Origin: Bryobacterales bacterium
Lineage (GTDB): Bacteria; Acidobacteriota; Terriglobia; Bryobacterales; Bryobacteraceae
Assembly: GCA_025462945.1 (NCBI GenBank)
Contig: JAOAPO010000494.1
Coordinates: 1-50,771, forward strand
Length of the DNA stretch: 50,771 bases
Direction: 5' to 3'
Below, one piece after another: positions 29,701 through 38,142 of the stretch. The first letter of the stretch is position 1. Each line of letters opens with the position of its first letter. The position numbers and the translations under genes are program-made. The notes beneath the pieces are model-generated. The model did no database searches. It had not been told where the DNA came from and was given only the letters and a program-made list of their open reading frames with translations.

Positions 29701-30006
29701 ATGGTCATTTTGAAGGTAGATATCAAGATCAAGCCTGAGTGCGTTGACGCATTCAAAGCCGCAACGATCGAAAACGCGCGAAACAGCGCCCTGGAAGCCG
29801 GCGTGGCGCGGTTCGACTTTGTTCAAGACAATGCGGATCCGAGCCACTTTGTCCTGTGGGAGGTGTATCGCGACGAGGCTGCCATGCCGTTGCACAAGGA
29901 GACGGCGCACTTCAATACCTGGGCAGCGACGGTGGCCGATATGTTCCAGGAGCCCCGCACCCGCGGCCTGTTCACCAACGTCTTCCCCGGCGACGAGAAG
30001 TGGTAG
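29701..30006 (+). CDS. Antibiotic-biosynthesis-monooxygenase (ABM) superfamily protein (YgiN-like)
   Basis: 101 aa. [44 protein letters not shown] is the typical ABM pattern. Confidence 0.75.
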   Translation: MVILKVDIKIKPECVDAFKAATIENARNSALEAGVARFDFVQDNADPSHFVLWEVYRDEAAMPLHKETAHFNTWAATVADMFQEPRTRGLFTNVFPGDEKW

Positions 30007-30012
30007 ATTCCG

Positions 30013-31170
30013 TTGCGATTTGAATTCGCTACAGCGGGCCGGATTGTGTTCGGCCCTGGCGTGGTTGCTGAACTCCCGAAGATGGCGCTGGCTTATGGGC
30101 GGCGTGCGTTCGTTGTCACGGGGAAAGATCGCATCCGTCGTGCCGGGATTATCGCGGAACTGGAGGGCGCGGGGTTCCACTGCACCCTTTATGGCGTTGC
30201 AGGCGAGCCGACCGTTACCGTCGCCGTGGATGGCGGCGCCGCGGCCCGTCTGGCTGGCTCAAATGTGGTGATTGCGATCGGAGGCGGCAGCGTGATCGAT
30301 GCAGGCAAGGCCATCGCCGCGTTCGCCACGAACGAGGGCGATCCGCTGGAATTTCTCGAAGTCATCGGGCGTGGACGTCCGCTGCGGGCGGCGCCATTGC
30401 CGTTTATTGCGGTTCCGACCACCGCAGGCACCGGCTCCGAGGTCACCCGCAATGCGGTGCTCGGGTCACCGGAGCACGGGGTGAAGGTCAGTCTCCGCAG
30501 CGCTTCGATGCTGCCGGCTATCGCCTTGATCGACCCGGTACTGACCCTCACCCTGCCTCCGGACCTGAGTGCTTCCACCGGGCTCGATACGCTGACCCAA
30601 CTGATCGAGCCGTTTGTCTCCATCCGCGCCAATCCCTTGACCGATGCGATCTGCCGCGAAGGTATCCCGATCGCCGCCCGTTGTCTGCCGGCGGTGTGCC
30701 GAAACGGACGCGATGCGGAGTCGCGCGCCGGAATGTCGTACGCAAGCGTACTGGGAGGCATGGCGCTGGCGAATGCGGGTCTGGGCGTGGTTCATGGTTT
30801 CGCAGCGCCGATTGGCGGCATGTTCGATGCTCCGCATGGTGCGGTCTGTGCCGCGATCCTCCCCCACGGGGTTGCCGCAAACGTGGCGGCGCTGCGGGAG
30901 CGGGATCCCGAAAGTGAAGCGCTGGTCCGTTATGCCGAGGTCGCCCGAATCCTCACTGGCGATACTACGGCCGAGGCGGAAGCCTGCGCTGCATGGCTGA
31001 AGGCACTGGTGAAGGATCTCCAGGTACCCGGTCTGAGCAGGTACGGTATCTCACTGGCGGACTCTGACGCGGTTGTTAGCAAGGCATCGAAAGCCAGCAG
31101 CATGAAGGCGAATCCGCTCCCGTTGACAGACGACGAACTGGCCAGTGTCTTCGCGGCATCGCTAGAGTAG
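30013..31170 (+). CDS. Iron-containing (group III) alcohol dehydrogenase
   Basis: TTG start. AIGGGSVIDAGKAIA, AVPTTAGTGSEVT, and histidine-rich HG..A metal site (VVHGFAAPIGGMFDAPHG). Confidence 0.82.
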   Translation: MRFEFATAGRIVFGPGVVAELPKMALAYGRRAFVVTGKDRIRRAGIIAELEGAGFHCTLYGVAGEPTVTVAVDGGAAARLAGSNVVIAIGGGSVIDAGKAIAAFATNEGDPLEFLEVIGRGRPLRAAPLPFIAVPTTAGTGSEVTRNAVLGSPEHGVKVSLRSASMLPAIALIDPVLTLTLPPDLSASTGLDTLTQLIEPFVSIRANPLTDAICREGIPIAARCLPAVCRNGRDAESRAGMSYASVLGGMALANAGLGVVHGFAAPIGGMFDAPHGAVCAAILPHGVAANVAALRERDPESEALVRYAEVARILTGDTTAEAEACAAWLKALVKDLQVPGLSRYGISLADSDAVVSKASKASSMKANPLPLTDDELASVFAASLE

Positions 31171-31174
31171 AACC

Positions 31175-33073
31175 TTGGGAAGAATTCGCGTACTGTCGGA
31201 CAATGTCGCGAACAAGATCGCGGCAGGTGAAGTGGTTGAACGGCCCGCGTCGGTCGTCAAAGAACTGCTGGAAAACTCGATCGATGCGGGGTTGCAGTCT
31301 GTCCGCGTGGAGATCGAGAGCGGCGGACGTCGCCTGATTCGTATCGCCGACGACGGCTCCGGCATGCTTCGGGACGACGCTTTGCTGGCCTTCGAGCGCC
31401 ATGCCACCAGCAAACTGCACGATGTGCACGACCTGCTCTCGATCGCAACGCTCGGCTTCCGGGGCGAAGCGCTGCCGTCCATCGCGTCTGTGTCGCGACT
31501 GCTGCTGGAGACGCGGTCTCCGGACGAAGAGACCGGGACCCGCGTGGAAATCGCGGGCGGCAAGATCGTGGTCTGCGACGAGATAGCGCGTGGGCCCGGC
31601 ACCACGATTTCCGTCCGGGATCTGTTCTACAATGTGCCGGCGCGCAAGAAGTTCCTGCGCAGCGATCAAACCGAACTGGCGCACATCGCGTCCCTCGTCA
31701 CGCATTACAGCCTGGCGCATCCGGACAAGACATTCGAGCTTTGGCATGGCGGGGCCAATCTGCTGCACGTGACGCCGGTGGATTCCCTGCGGGAACGCGT
31801 TTTTCAGGTCTTCGGCAGCCGAATTCTGGAAGAACTGATCGATTTGGGTGGCAAGTCCGCCAGTTTGCCGCCCCAGGAACCCGACGATCCCCCAACCACT
31901 TACACGCTCCGCGGTTTCATCTCGCGGCCGCAGGTGCAAAAGAACAACCGGAATTCGATCTTCATCTTTGTGAACGGACGGCTGATCCGCGACCGCCTCG
32001 TGCTGCATGCGATCTCCGGGGCGTATCACAACTTGATGCCGTCGGCCTGCTTCCCGTTTGCTTTGTTATTTTTGGAGTGCGATGCCGGCGAGGTGGACGT
32101 GAATGTCCATCCGTCGAAGACTGAAGTGCGCTTCCGGCACGGTTCGTGGCTTCACGACTTCGTGCGCGATTCCATCCGCGACCAGTTGATGCAGTCGCGA
32201 CCCGCACCGGCCTTTAGCCTCAATCCGCAGCCCGCTCCAGGCCTTCCTTACTCCGATTTTTCGCAGATGATGCAGGAAACCGAGGGTTCGGGCGCTGGAG
32301 AACCGGCGACCATGCCGGAGTTCGTGATGCAGCCGCTCGTGCCTCCCGCCGGGAGGTTCGACTTCGGCGGCGTGGGAATTCCGGTCAATGAACCCGTGCC
32401 TGCGCGCCAGACGGAAGGTATTCGGCTGCGCGTGCCCGATACGCACTCCGGTTTCCCGCTGGATTCCATTCCCGCCGACTCCTCGATGCTGCGGATCGGC
32501 GAACTCCGCCCAATGGGGCAGCTGCACAACAGCTTCATCATTGCTGCTGGTCCGGACGGACTTTGGATCATCGACCAGCATGTGGCTCACGAGCGAATCC
32601 TGTTCGAACAGGTGCTCTCGCAGCAGGCTTCGGGCCGCGTCGAGGTGCAGCAGCTGCTGATCCCCGTGATCCTGCAGCTCACCCCGGGGCAGCAGCTTGA
32701 ATACGCACGGATCGAAGAAGAACTGCGCAATTCCGGCTTCGATTCCGAACCCTTCGGCAACCGCACGCTTGCTGTGAAGGCGGCTCCGGCGGCAATCGGC
32801 ATGGGCGATCTGGAACGGGTGATGCTCGAGATTCTGGAGGTTTCGGAAAACGAGCTGCGTGCCGGCTCCGTCGCGGACCTGCGCCGCGGCATTGCGGCCT
32901 CCATCGCATGCCGCGCCGCCATTAAGATCAACACGCCTCTCGACCGGCAGAAGATGGACTGGATGATTCGCACGCTCGCCGCTACCGAATATCCGATGGC
33001 CTGCCCGCACGGGCGTCCCGTTGCATTGCAGTACGGAATGCGCGAGATCCTGCGTGCGTTCCACCGCATATAA
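31175..33073 (+). CDS. mutL: DNA mismatch repair endonuclease MutL
   Basis: IRVLSDNVANKIAAGEVVERPASVVKELLENSIDAG, DDGSGM, GFRGEALPSIASVS. C-terminal ..ACPHGRP.. motif. 632 aa. Confidence 0.92.
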   Translation: MGRIRVLSDNVANKIAAGEVVERPASVVKELLENSIDAGLQSVRVEIESGGRRLIRIADDGSGMLRDDALLAFERHATSKLHDVHDLLSIATLGFRGEALPSIASVSRLLLETRSPDEETGTRVEIAGGKIVVCDEIARGPGTTISVRDLFYNVPARKKFLRSDQTELAHIASLVTHYSLAHPDKTFELWHGGANLLHVTPVDSLRERVFQVFGSRILEELIDLGGKSASLPPQEPDDPPTTYTLRGFISRPQVQKNNRNSIFIFVNGRLIRDRLVLHAISGAYHNLMPSACFPFALLFLECDAGEVDVNVHPSKTEVRFRHGSWLHDFVRDSIRDQLMQSRPAPAFSLNPQPAPGLPYSDFSQMMQETEGSGAGEPATMPEFVMQPLVPPAGRFDFGGVGIPVNEPVPARQTEGIRLRVPDTHSGFPLDSIPADSSMLRIGELRPMGQLHNSFIIAAGPDGLWIIDQHVAHERILFEQVLSQQASGRVEVQQLLIPVILQLTPGQQLEYARIEEELRNSGFDSEPFGNRTLAVKAAPAAIGMGDLERVMLEILEVSENELRAGSVADLRRGIAASIACRAAIKINTPLDRQKMDWMIRTLAATEYPMACPHGRPVALQYGMREILRAFHRI

Positions 33074-33107
33074 AGCCTCGTGCGGCCTTCATATATAATT
33101 CCACCGG

Positions 33108-34124
33108 ATGAAATACATCGCCGTTTGCGCACCCCTGCTGATGCTTGTCAGTTGTTCTCCCAAGACCGAGGCACCCGCCGCAGCACCTGCTGCGAAGGGC
33201 GTCGGCTCCATTCTCCGGCTCGATCCAGCCATGGATGCGATCGTTCCGAAGGACGCCATCATCGAGAAGATCGGCGGCGGCTTCAGCTTCACGGAAGGAC
33301 CGCTTTGGCGGCCGGCTGGTCAGCTGTGGTTCAGCGACGTGGTCGGCAATGTGGTCCGCTCCATTACACCCACGGGTGAGGTGAAAGTCCTGATCGAGAA
33401 GGCAGGGGGCGAGACGACTGCCCCGGCCGGATCGTTCGCCGGCCCGAACGGCATGATTGCCGACAAAGATGGCTTCGTTTTGTTGTGCCAGCACTCGAAC
33501 CGGCAGATTGTCCGCCTGGATAAGGATCTGAAGCAGGCCGTATTTCTCGCTAAGTTTGAAGGCAAACGGTTCAACAGCCCCAACGATCTGGTCTACAAGT
33601 CCGACGGCGCGCTGTACTTCACCGATCCGCCGTATGGCCTCCTGAAGCAGGACGAAGATGCTCAGAAGGAACTCAAGTTTAACGGCGTTTTCCGTTACAA
33701 AGACGGGAAGCTGACCGTCCTTACCAAAGAGCTGAGTCGGCCGAACGGTATCGCGTTTTCGCCGGACGAGAAGGTTCTCTACGTCTCCAACTCTGATGAA
33801 AAGAAGAAGATCTGGATGCGCTACGACGTGAAGGCCGACGGCACTCTGGCAAACGGCAAAGTCTTCGCGGACGTCACCTCCGAGACCGTACCGGGCCTGC
33901 CCGACGGCATGAAAGTGGACTCGAAGGGTAACGTTTACGGCACCGGACCCGGCGGCGTCTGGGTGTTCTCGGCCGAGGGGAAGCATCTCGGCACGATCAA
34001 GCCTGGCGAAACTCCGGCTAATTGTGGTTGGGGCGATGACGGAAAGAGCCTGTACATCACGGCAGAAACCGGCGTTTATCGCATCAAGTTAGCTGTCGAT
34101 GGTGAGAAGGCGCTGTACCAATAG
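33108..34124 (+). CDS. SMP-30/gluconolactonase/LRE-family lipoprotein
   Basis: Lipobox LMLVSCS. FTEGPLW, FNSPNDLV, LYFTDPPYG, RPNGIAFSPDEK, PDGMKVD motifs of the six-bladed propeller lactonases. Confidence 0.82.
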   Translation: MKYIAVCAPLLMLVSCSPKTEAPAAAPAAKGVGSILRLDPAMDAIVPKDAIIEKIGGGFSFTEGPLWRPAGQLWFSDVVGNVVRSITPTGEVKVLIEKAGGETTAPAGSFAGPNGMIADKDGFVLLCQHSNRQIVRLDKDLKQAVFLAKFEGKRFNSPNDLVYKSDGALYFTDPPYGLLKQDEDAQKELKFNGVFRYKDGKLTVLTKELSRPNGIAFSPDEKVLYVSNSDEKKKIWMRYDVKADGTLANGKVFADVTSETVPGLPDGMKVDSKGNVYGTGPGGVWVFSAEGKHLGTIKPGETPANCGWGDDGKSLYITAETGVYRIKLAVDGEKALYQ

Positions 34125-34131
34125 GAGAATC

Positions 34132-34530
34132 ATGAAACGTCGGTCTTATCTCAAAGCTATGTTGGCTGCCTCGGCAGCGCTGCCCGTTGTCGCGCAGAAG
34201 AAGGGCGCTGCGAACCCGATCGTGCTCTACGTCGACATGCAGGTTGCTCCCGGAAAGGAAAAGGATCTTGTCCGCCTGTTCCATGAGGACTTCCTGCCCA
34301 CGGCAAAGAAGCACGAAGGCTTTATCGACCTAAAAATAGTGAAGCTGCGCCAGGAGGTCCAGGGCAAGGCGCCGGCGGGCATGAACTACCGATTTCAGCT
34401 GACGTGCTCTAGTGAGGAGTCTCGGCAGAAGTGGATCAAATCGGCAGACCATGCGCGCGTCTGGCCCCCGATTGAGGCAACGATGGTCGACACGAAGAAC
34501 TACACAGTGCTGCTCTGTGACGCAATCTAG
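34132..34530 (+). CDS. Small exported protein, possibly ABM/ferredoxin-like fold
   Basis: Start taken at ATG 34132 ([22 protein letters not shown]), which avoids overlap with the upstream gene. The fold guess rests on a weak pattern only. Confidence 0.45.
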   Translation: MKRRSYLKAMLAASAALPVVAQKKGAANPIVLYVDMQVAPGKEKDLVRLFHEDFLPTAKKHEGFIDLKIVKLRQEVQGKAPAGMNYRFQLTCSSEESRQKWIKSADHARVWPPIEATMVDTKNYTVLLCDAI

Positions 34531-34538
34531 GTGAATTC

Positions 34539-35630
34539 ATGAAGAAGACGACACTGTTGTTCACGACGATGGCCCTCGCTGGAGCTGCGATGATCGCGCT
34601 CGCGCAGGCGCCTGCTGCACCGGCCGCTGGAGCACCGGCTGCCGTTGCGCCCGGCGCTGGCAGGGGCCCTGGTGGTCGTGGCGGGCGTGGTCCGCAGCCG
34701 ATGCCGCCCGGTCCGCCGCCCAACTCGCAGTACCGGCTTGGTCCGGACTCGATGCCGCAGGAAGGCGTACCGAAGGGAGAGATCCGCGGGCCGTACACTC
34801 TGCCGAGCAAGGTCTATCCCGGAACGCGGCATACTTACTGGGTTTACGTCCCGGCGCAGTACGATCCGGCAGTTCCCGCTGCGCTGATGGTCTACCAGGA
34901 TGGACAGGCGTTCAAGGACGAAAACGGTGACCTCCGCGCGCAGAACGTGATGGACAACCTCATCTATCGTCGCGAAATCCCGATCATGATCGGCGTTTTC
35001 ATCAACCCCGGGCGCACGCCGGAACAGCCTGAGCCAACACCCGCCGAATGGGGTGACCGCACCACGAATCGGCCCACCGAGTACAACACGCCAGACGACA
35101 AGTACGCACGGGTGATCACTGAAGAACTGATGCCGGCGCTCAACAAGGAATACAACATCTCGAAAGACCCTGAGATGCGCGGCATCGGCGGCTCCAGTTC
35201 CGGCGCGATCGCGGCTTTCTCAGTCGCCTGGGAACGTCCCAACGAGTTCCGCAAGGTGCTGAGCAACGTGGGCAGCTTCACCAATATCCGGGGCGGCTTT
35301 GTGTATCCGGAGCGGGTCAAAGAGAGCCCGAAAAAGCCCATTCGTGTGTTCTTCTGCGACGGTCGGAACGACAACCGCGCACTCTCGGCCGATGGGACTT
35401 ACGACGAGAAGCGCGACTGGTTCTACCAAAACGTCCGTTTGAAGGACGCGATGGTCGCCAAGGGATACGACGTCAATTTCGCCTGGGGCATCAATCTGCA
35501 CGGCCAGAAGTTCGGCGGCCACATCATGCCCGAAATGATGCGCTGGCTCTGGCGCGACGCCACACCCGTCACCACGGACCCCAAGGCACTGGACCAGCGC
35601 GGCTTCGTGGAACCGAAAGCGAAGAAGTAG
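34539..35630 (+). CDS. Exported esterase (enterochelin-esterase / esterase D-like alpha/beta hydrolase) with Gly/Pro/Arg-rich linker
   Basis: Signal peptide, then [38 protein letters not shown]. The catalytic domain has nucleophile elbow GGSSSG and a C-terminal ..[13 protein letters not shown]. Confidence 0.65.
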   Translation: MKKTTLLFTTMALAGAAMIALAQAPAAPAAGAPAAVAPGAGRGPGGRGGRGPQPMPPGPPPNSQYRLGPDSMPQEGVPKGEIRGPYTLPSKVYPGTRHTYWVYVPAQYDPAVPAALMVYQDGQAFKDENGDLRAQNVMDNLIYRREIPIMIGVFINPGRTPEQPEPTPAEWGDRTTNRPTEYNTPDDKYARVITEELMPALNKEYNISKDPEMRGIGGSSSGAIAAFSVAWERPNEFRKVLSNVGSFTNIRGGFVYPERVKESPKKPIRVFFCDGRNDNRALSADGTYDEKRDWFYQNVRLKDAMVAKGYDVNFAWGINLHGQKFGGHIMPEMMRWLWRDATPVTTDPKALDQRGFVEPKAKK

Positions 35631-37793
35631 CTAAATCAGATCGACAGCTACCGCTTCGTGTAGCTCAAAGGGCGGGACATCGACCTCGATGCTCCCGCCC
35701 TTTTCTGTGTAGCGGGGCCGGGTGCCGGCGACCAGCAGTTGGACTGACCGCACGCGCTTACCTTTCGGGATCGCGATGCGTGCGTGCTGGGGCGGCGAAG
35801 GCAGCAGTTCGCGAACCGGCCCCTTCATCATCATCGGGTTGTTCAGGTTGACGAAGTGCGCGGTCACGGAATCCTTCTGGCTCCAGAGCGAAACGTCGAG
35901 CATACCTTTGCCAGTGACCTGCAGCGGCTGCGGTTTGCGATGCGCCCACTCGACGGCATTACGCAGCAGCTTCGCGTGATCGGCAGCGAGAACCTCCCAG
36001 AACGTGCGGTCGAGATCGAACGGAAAGTAGACGACGCGGCCCTTCCCTGCGTCGCGCACGAACACGCCCGGCGTCTCGGTCTTCGGCTGCCGCATGTAGA
36101 CCGACTCCATCGGCAGGTCGGGATAGGAAGGTACTAGTGTCAGCGGGTTTGCCGCGAGTGGCGAGGTGGATTTCACATGAATCCAGTTCACCCCGTTGAT
36201 GACGCGGGTGGCGTCTTCGAGCCCCCTTGTAATGGGGTGCGGCTTGCCGATATCGAGATAGGAGTTGTGGAGTTGCGTGTCGATTTTGCCGTCGAACGAG
36301 GCACCGAAGAGAGCAGCCAAACCGAAGTCGGGGCGACGCACTCCCCACTCGTCGTAAAGCGATGTTTCGTAAGTTGCGACCAGGCCCCCGCCCCGTTCGA
36401 CAAACGCCGTCAGCTGGCGGCACTGGCGGTCTGAGAGTGCGGCGATGTTGGGCAGGATCAGTGTGTCGTACCGCTCCAGGTGCTCCTCATCCAGCAGTTG
36501 ATCATGCACCATATCGAAGGGGATCCGCGCTTCCACCAGCGCCTGGTAATAACCGAGGGCATGGTCTTCGACCTTCGCCTGGTCGCGATCGCCGCCGTAG
36601 AAAGTCGCTGTCTGCTGGGAGTAGACCATCGCCACCTGCGCCAGCGAGCCCTCGTTCCGCAGATACTTTTCGTTCCGGTGATGCCAGTTGTAGAAGGTTT
36701 CCACCGCCGGAAGCCAGCGCTTGTCGATGGGCTTCGCGTTAAACTTCGTAATCCACGGGCGCAGATTGTGGGCCACACCGTCGGCCATCCACAGGCGGAT
36801 TTCGTCGTTCGTTTGAACGGAATCCTTCCAGCGGTACGCCTCCTCCACACCGACGCTGACGATTCCGCCGACGGCCTTGTTCCCCATCGTCGCGCCGTAC
36901 TCTTTCCCGTTCTTGCCGTTGGCCCACGGCGGCATAACGCCATGGCGCGCCTGACGGTCTGCGAACAGGGTCGGCGCAAGCGTGCCGATGGTCTTCATGT
37001 CCAGGTCGCTGAGCGCTCCGCCACCGGCGTTCGCGAGGAAGGCCGCGTTCGGGTTGACCTTGCGAATCTCGGTATCCCACAGACGCCAGAGGTCGAAGAG
37101 ACGCCCCTCCTTCCACAGGATGTACTGCCGGCGGGCGGGGTCCTGCGGGTTCGTAGTGCGGGGCAGATCCTTGCCGGAATATTCGTGGAAGAGGTATTTG
37201 CAGCTCTCGCAGTAGCACATGCCCGACCCAGCCCAGCGGTTACTGAACACGCCGTCCACCTTGTAATTCCGGACAATCTCGATGGTCACGTCCGTCATAA
37301 ACCCGAAGTTGTATGGCCCAAGTGCGCACGTAACCCAAAGCTCCGGATCAGCCCAGTGCCGCCGCTTTTTGCCTTCGGCGTCCACCGCGATCCACTCCGG
37401 ATGAGCGTCATATGCATCCTGATGGCAGGCGTGAGGGTCGGTACGCGCGATGACGTTCATGCCGAGCTTGCGGCAGCTGTCGACCATCTCGCCGAAGGGG
37501 TCGGCGTTCCCGAGAAACTTGCTTCGGTAATGGAACGGAACCTTGGTCGGATAGAACGCGACCACCCCGCCCGCCGAGAGACAAGCCGCATCGGCATGAA
37601 TCCGCTTGAAGTAGTCCAGCCAAAACTTTGGGTCGTAATGGCCCGGATCGTCTTCCACGAACGCCAACTGGAACCAGCGCATCGGACGGGAGTACCAGTC
37701 TCCCGCGGGTGGGGTCTGACTGAATGCCTCGGGTGCTGCGGCGAGGGCCGCGAGCGCGGCGGACTGCTGGATAAACTCCCGGCGTGAACTCAT
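35631..37793 (-). CDS. Tat-exported glycoside-hydrolase-like protein (GHL6 / GH42-type TIM barrel plus trimerisation-like domain)
   Basis: MSSRREFIQQSAALAALAAA Tat signal. 720 aa. The family call is from general resemblance (..YFKRIHADAACLSAGGVVAFYPTKVPFH.., ..MNVIARTDPH..) and needs a profile search. Confidence 0.5.
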   Translation of the reverse strand: MSSRREFIQQSAALAALAAAPEAFSQTPPAGDWYSRPMRWFQLAFVEDDPGHYDPKFWLDYFKRIHADAACLSAGGVVAFYPTKVPFHYRSKFLGNADPFGEMVDSCRKLGMNVIARTDPHACHQDAYDAHPEWIAVDAEGKKRRHWADPELWVTCALGPYNFGFMTDVTIEIVRNYKVDGVFSNRWAGSGMCYCESCKYLFHEYSGKDLPRTTNPQDPARRQYILWKEGRLFDLWRLWDTEIRKVNPNAAFLANAGGGALSDLDMKTIGTLAPTLFADRQARHGVMPPWANGKNGKEYGATMGNKAVGGIVSVGVEEAYRWKDSVQTNDEIRLWMADGVAHNLRPWITKFNAKPIDKRWLPAVETFYNWHHRNEKYLRNEGSLAQVAMVYSQQTATFYGGDRDQAKVEDHALGYYQALVEARIPFDMVHDQLLDEEHLERYDTLILPNIAALSDRQCRQLTAFVERGGGLVATYETSLYDEWGVRRPDFGLAALFGASFDGKIDTQLHNSYLDIGKPHPITRGLEDATRVINGVNWIHVKSTSPLAANPLTLVPSYPDLPMESVYMRQPKTETPGVFVRDAGKGRVVYFPFDLDRTFWEVLAADHAKLLRNAVEWAHRKPQPLQVTGKGMLDVSLWSQKDSVTAHFVNLNNPMMMKGPVRELLPSPPQHARIAIPKGKRVRSVQLLVAGTRPRYTEKGGSIEVDVPPFELHEAVAVDLI

Positions 37794-37884
37794 TGTTTAC
37801 AACTCTATCGCGCGTTGAAGTAGTACTACTTTTCTTTTCAGCAGGGGTATGGTGATCCTGCTCCGGACCCGCTACGATGCTTAG

Positions 37885-37987
37885 TTTCTACTCCGGTCTT
37901 GCAGAGGTGAAGTTTGCAGGAGCATCCGGACTCCAAATGCAAAACCCCGCCTCACGAGCGGGGTCTGCAAATCTACTGGAGTAGAAA
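37885..37987 (+). promoter_or_regulatory. Conserved multi-helix 5' leader RNA of the mini-ORF, copy 2
   Basis: The 10-bp perfect closing helix tttctactcc(37885-94)/ggagtagaaa(37978-87) can extend by G.U and G-C pairs. Inner helices are ttgcaga/tctgcaa, tttgca..ggag..ctcc..tgcaaa and accccgc/gcggggt. The SD AAGAGG follows immediately. Confidence 0.5.
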
Positions 37988-38125
37988 GAGGTGACTGCTT
38001 ATGTTGCTCTCGATGTTGTTCGTCGGTCTGTTAATACTCAGGCTGCGGCGGCTCAAAATCAAAATCGACTTCCGATTCTGATGCCTGACCGTAAGAGGGT
38101 CAGTGTTCACCGCACTGGCCCTCTC
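37937..38125 (-). ncRNA. Predicted cis-antisense RNA of about 190 nt, fully overlapping the mini-ORF (antitoxin-like), copy 2
   Basis: Extended -10 TGGTAATTT on the minus strand (38140..38132), only 5 nt past the MBOAT stop. 5' hairpin 38124..38094. Minus-strand terminator gaccccgc-loop-gcggggTTTTgcaTTT ends near 37935. Confidence 0.35.
38001..38081 (+). CDS. 26-aa mini-protein MLLSMLFVGLLILRLRRLKIKIDFRF; type I toxin-like, paralogue of 13318..13401
   Basis: ATG 38001 is preceded by AAGAGG with a 9-nt spacer. Layout is a 13-residue hydrophobic N-terminus, an Arg cluster, then KIK plus an alternating hydrophobic/charged tail, as in copy 1. Confidence 0.5.
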   Translation: MLLSMLFVGLLILRLRRLKIKIDFRF

Positions 38126-38142
38126 AACATCAAATTACCATA

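Larger units (their letters stand above)
37820..38140 (+). repeat. Copy 2 of the roughly 325-nt conserved intergenic module (paralogue of 13254..13581, opposite orientation)
   Basis: Same ordered blocks as copy 1: gtagtac motif, small hairpin with GGUAU loop, closing helix, two internal hairpins, SD, mini-ORF, 3' hairpin, extended -10 on the other strand. Confidence 0.8.

Noticed and set aside
29667-29756. 30-codon N-terminal extension of the DUF1592-type ORF
   Set aside because: It would overlap the divergent ABM gene start at 29701. The signal peptide begins at the internal ATG 29666.
31076-33986. Long minus-strand ORFs (31076..32029, 32066..33064, 32982..33986)
   Set aside because: They are antisense to mutL and the SMP-30 lactonase, both of which have strong family motifs. 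These are shadow ORFs.
36480-37787. 435-aa plus-strand ORF
   Set aside because: It is antisense to the Tat-signal GHL6-like gene, has Arg/His-rich composition and no recognisable motifs.
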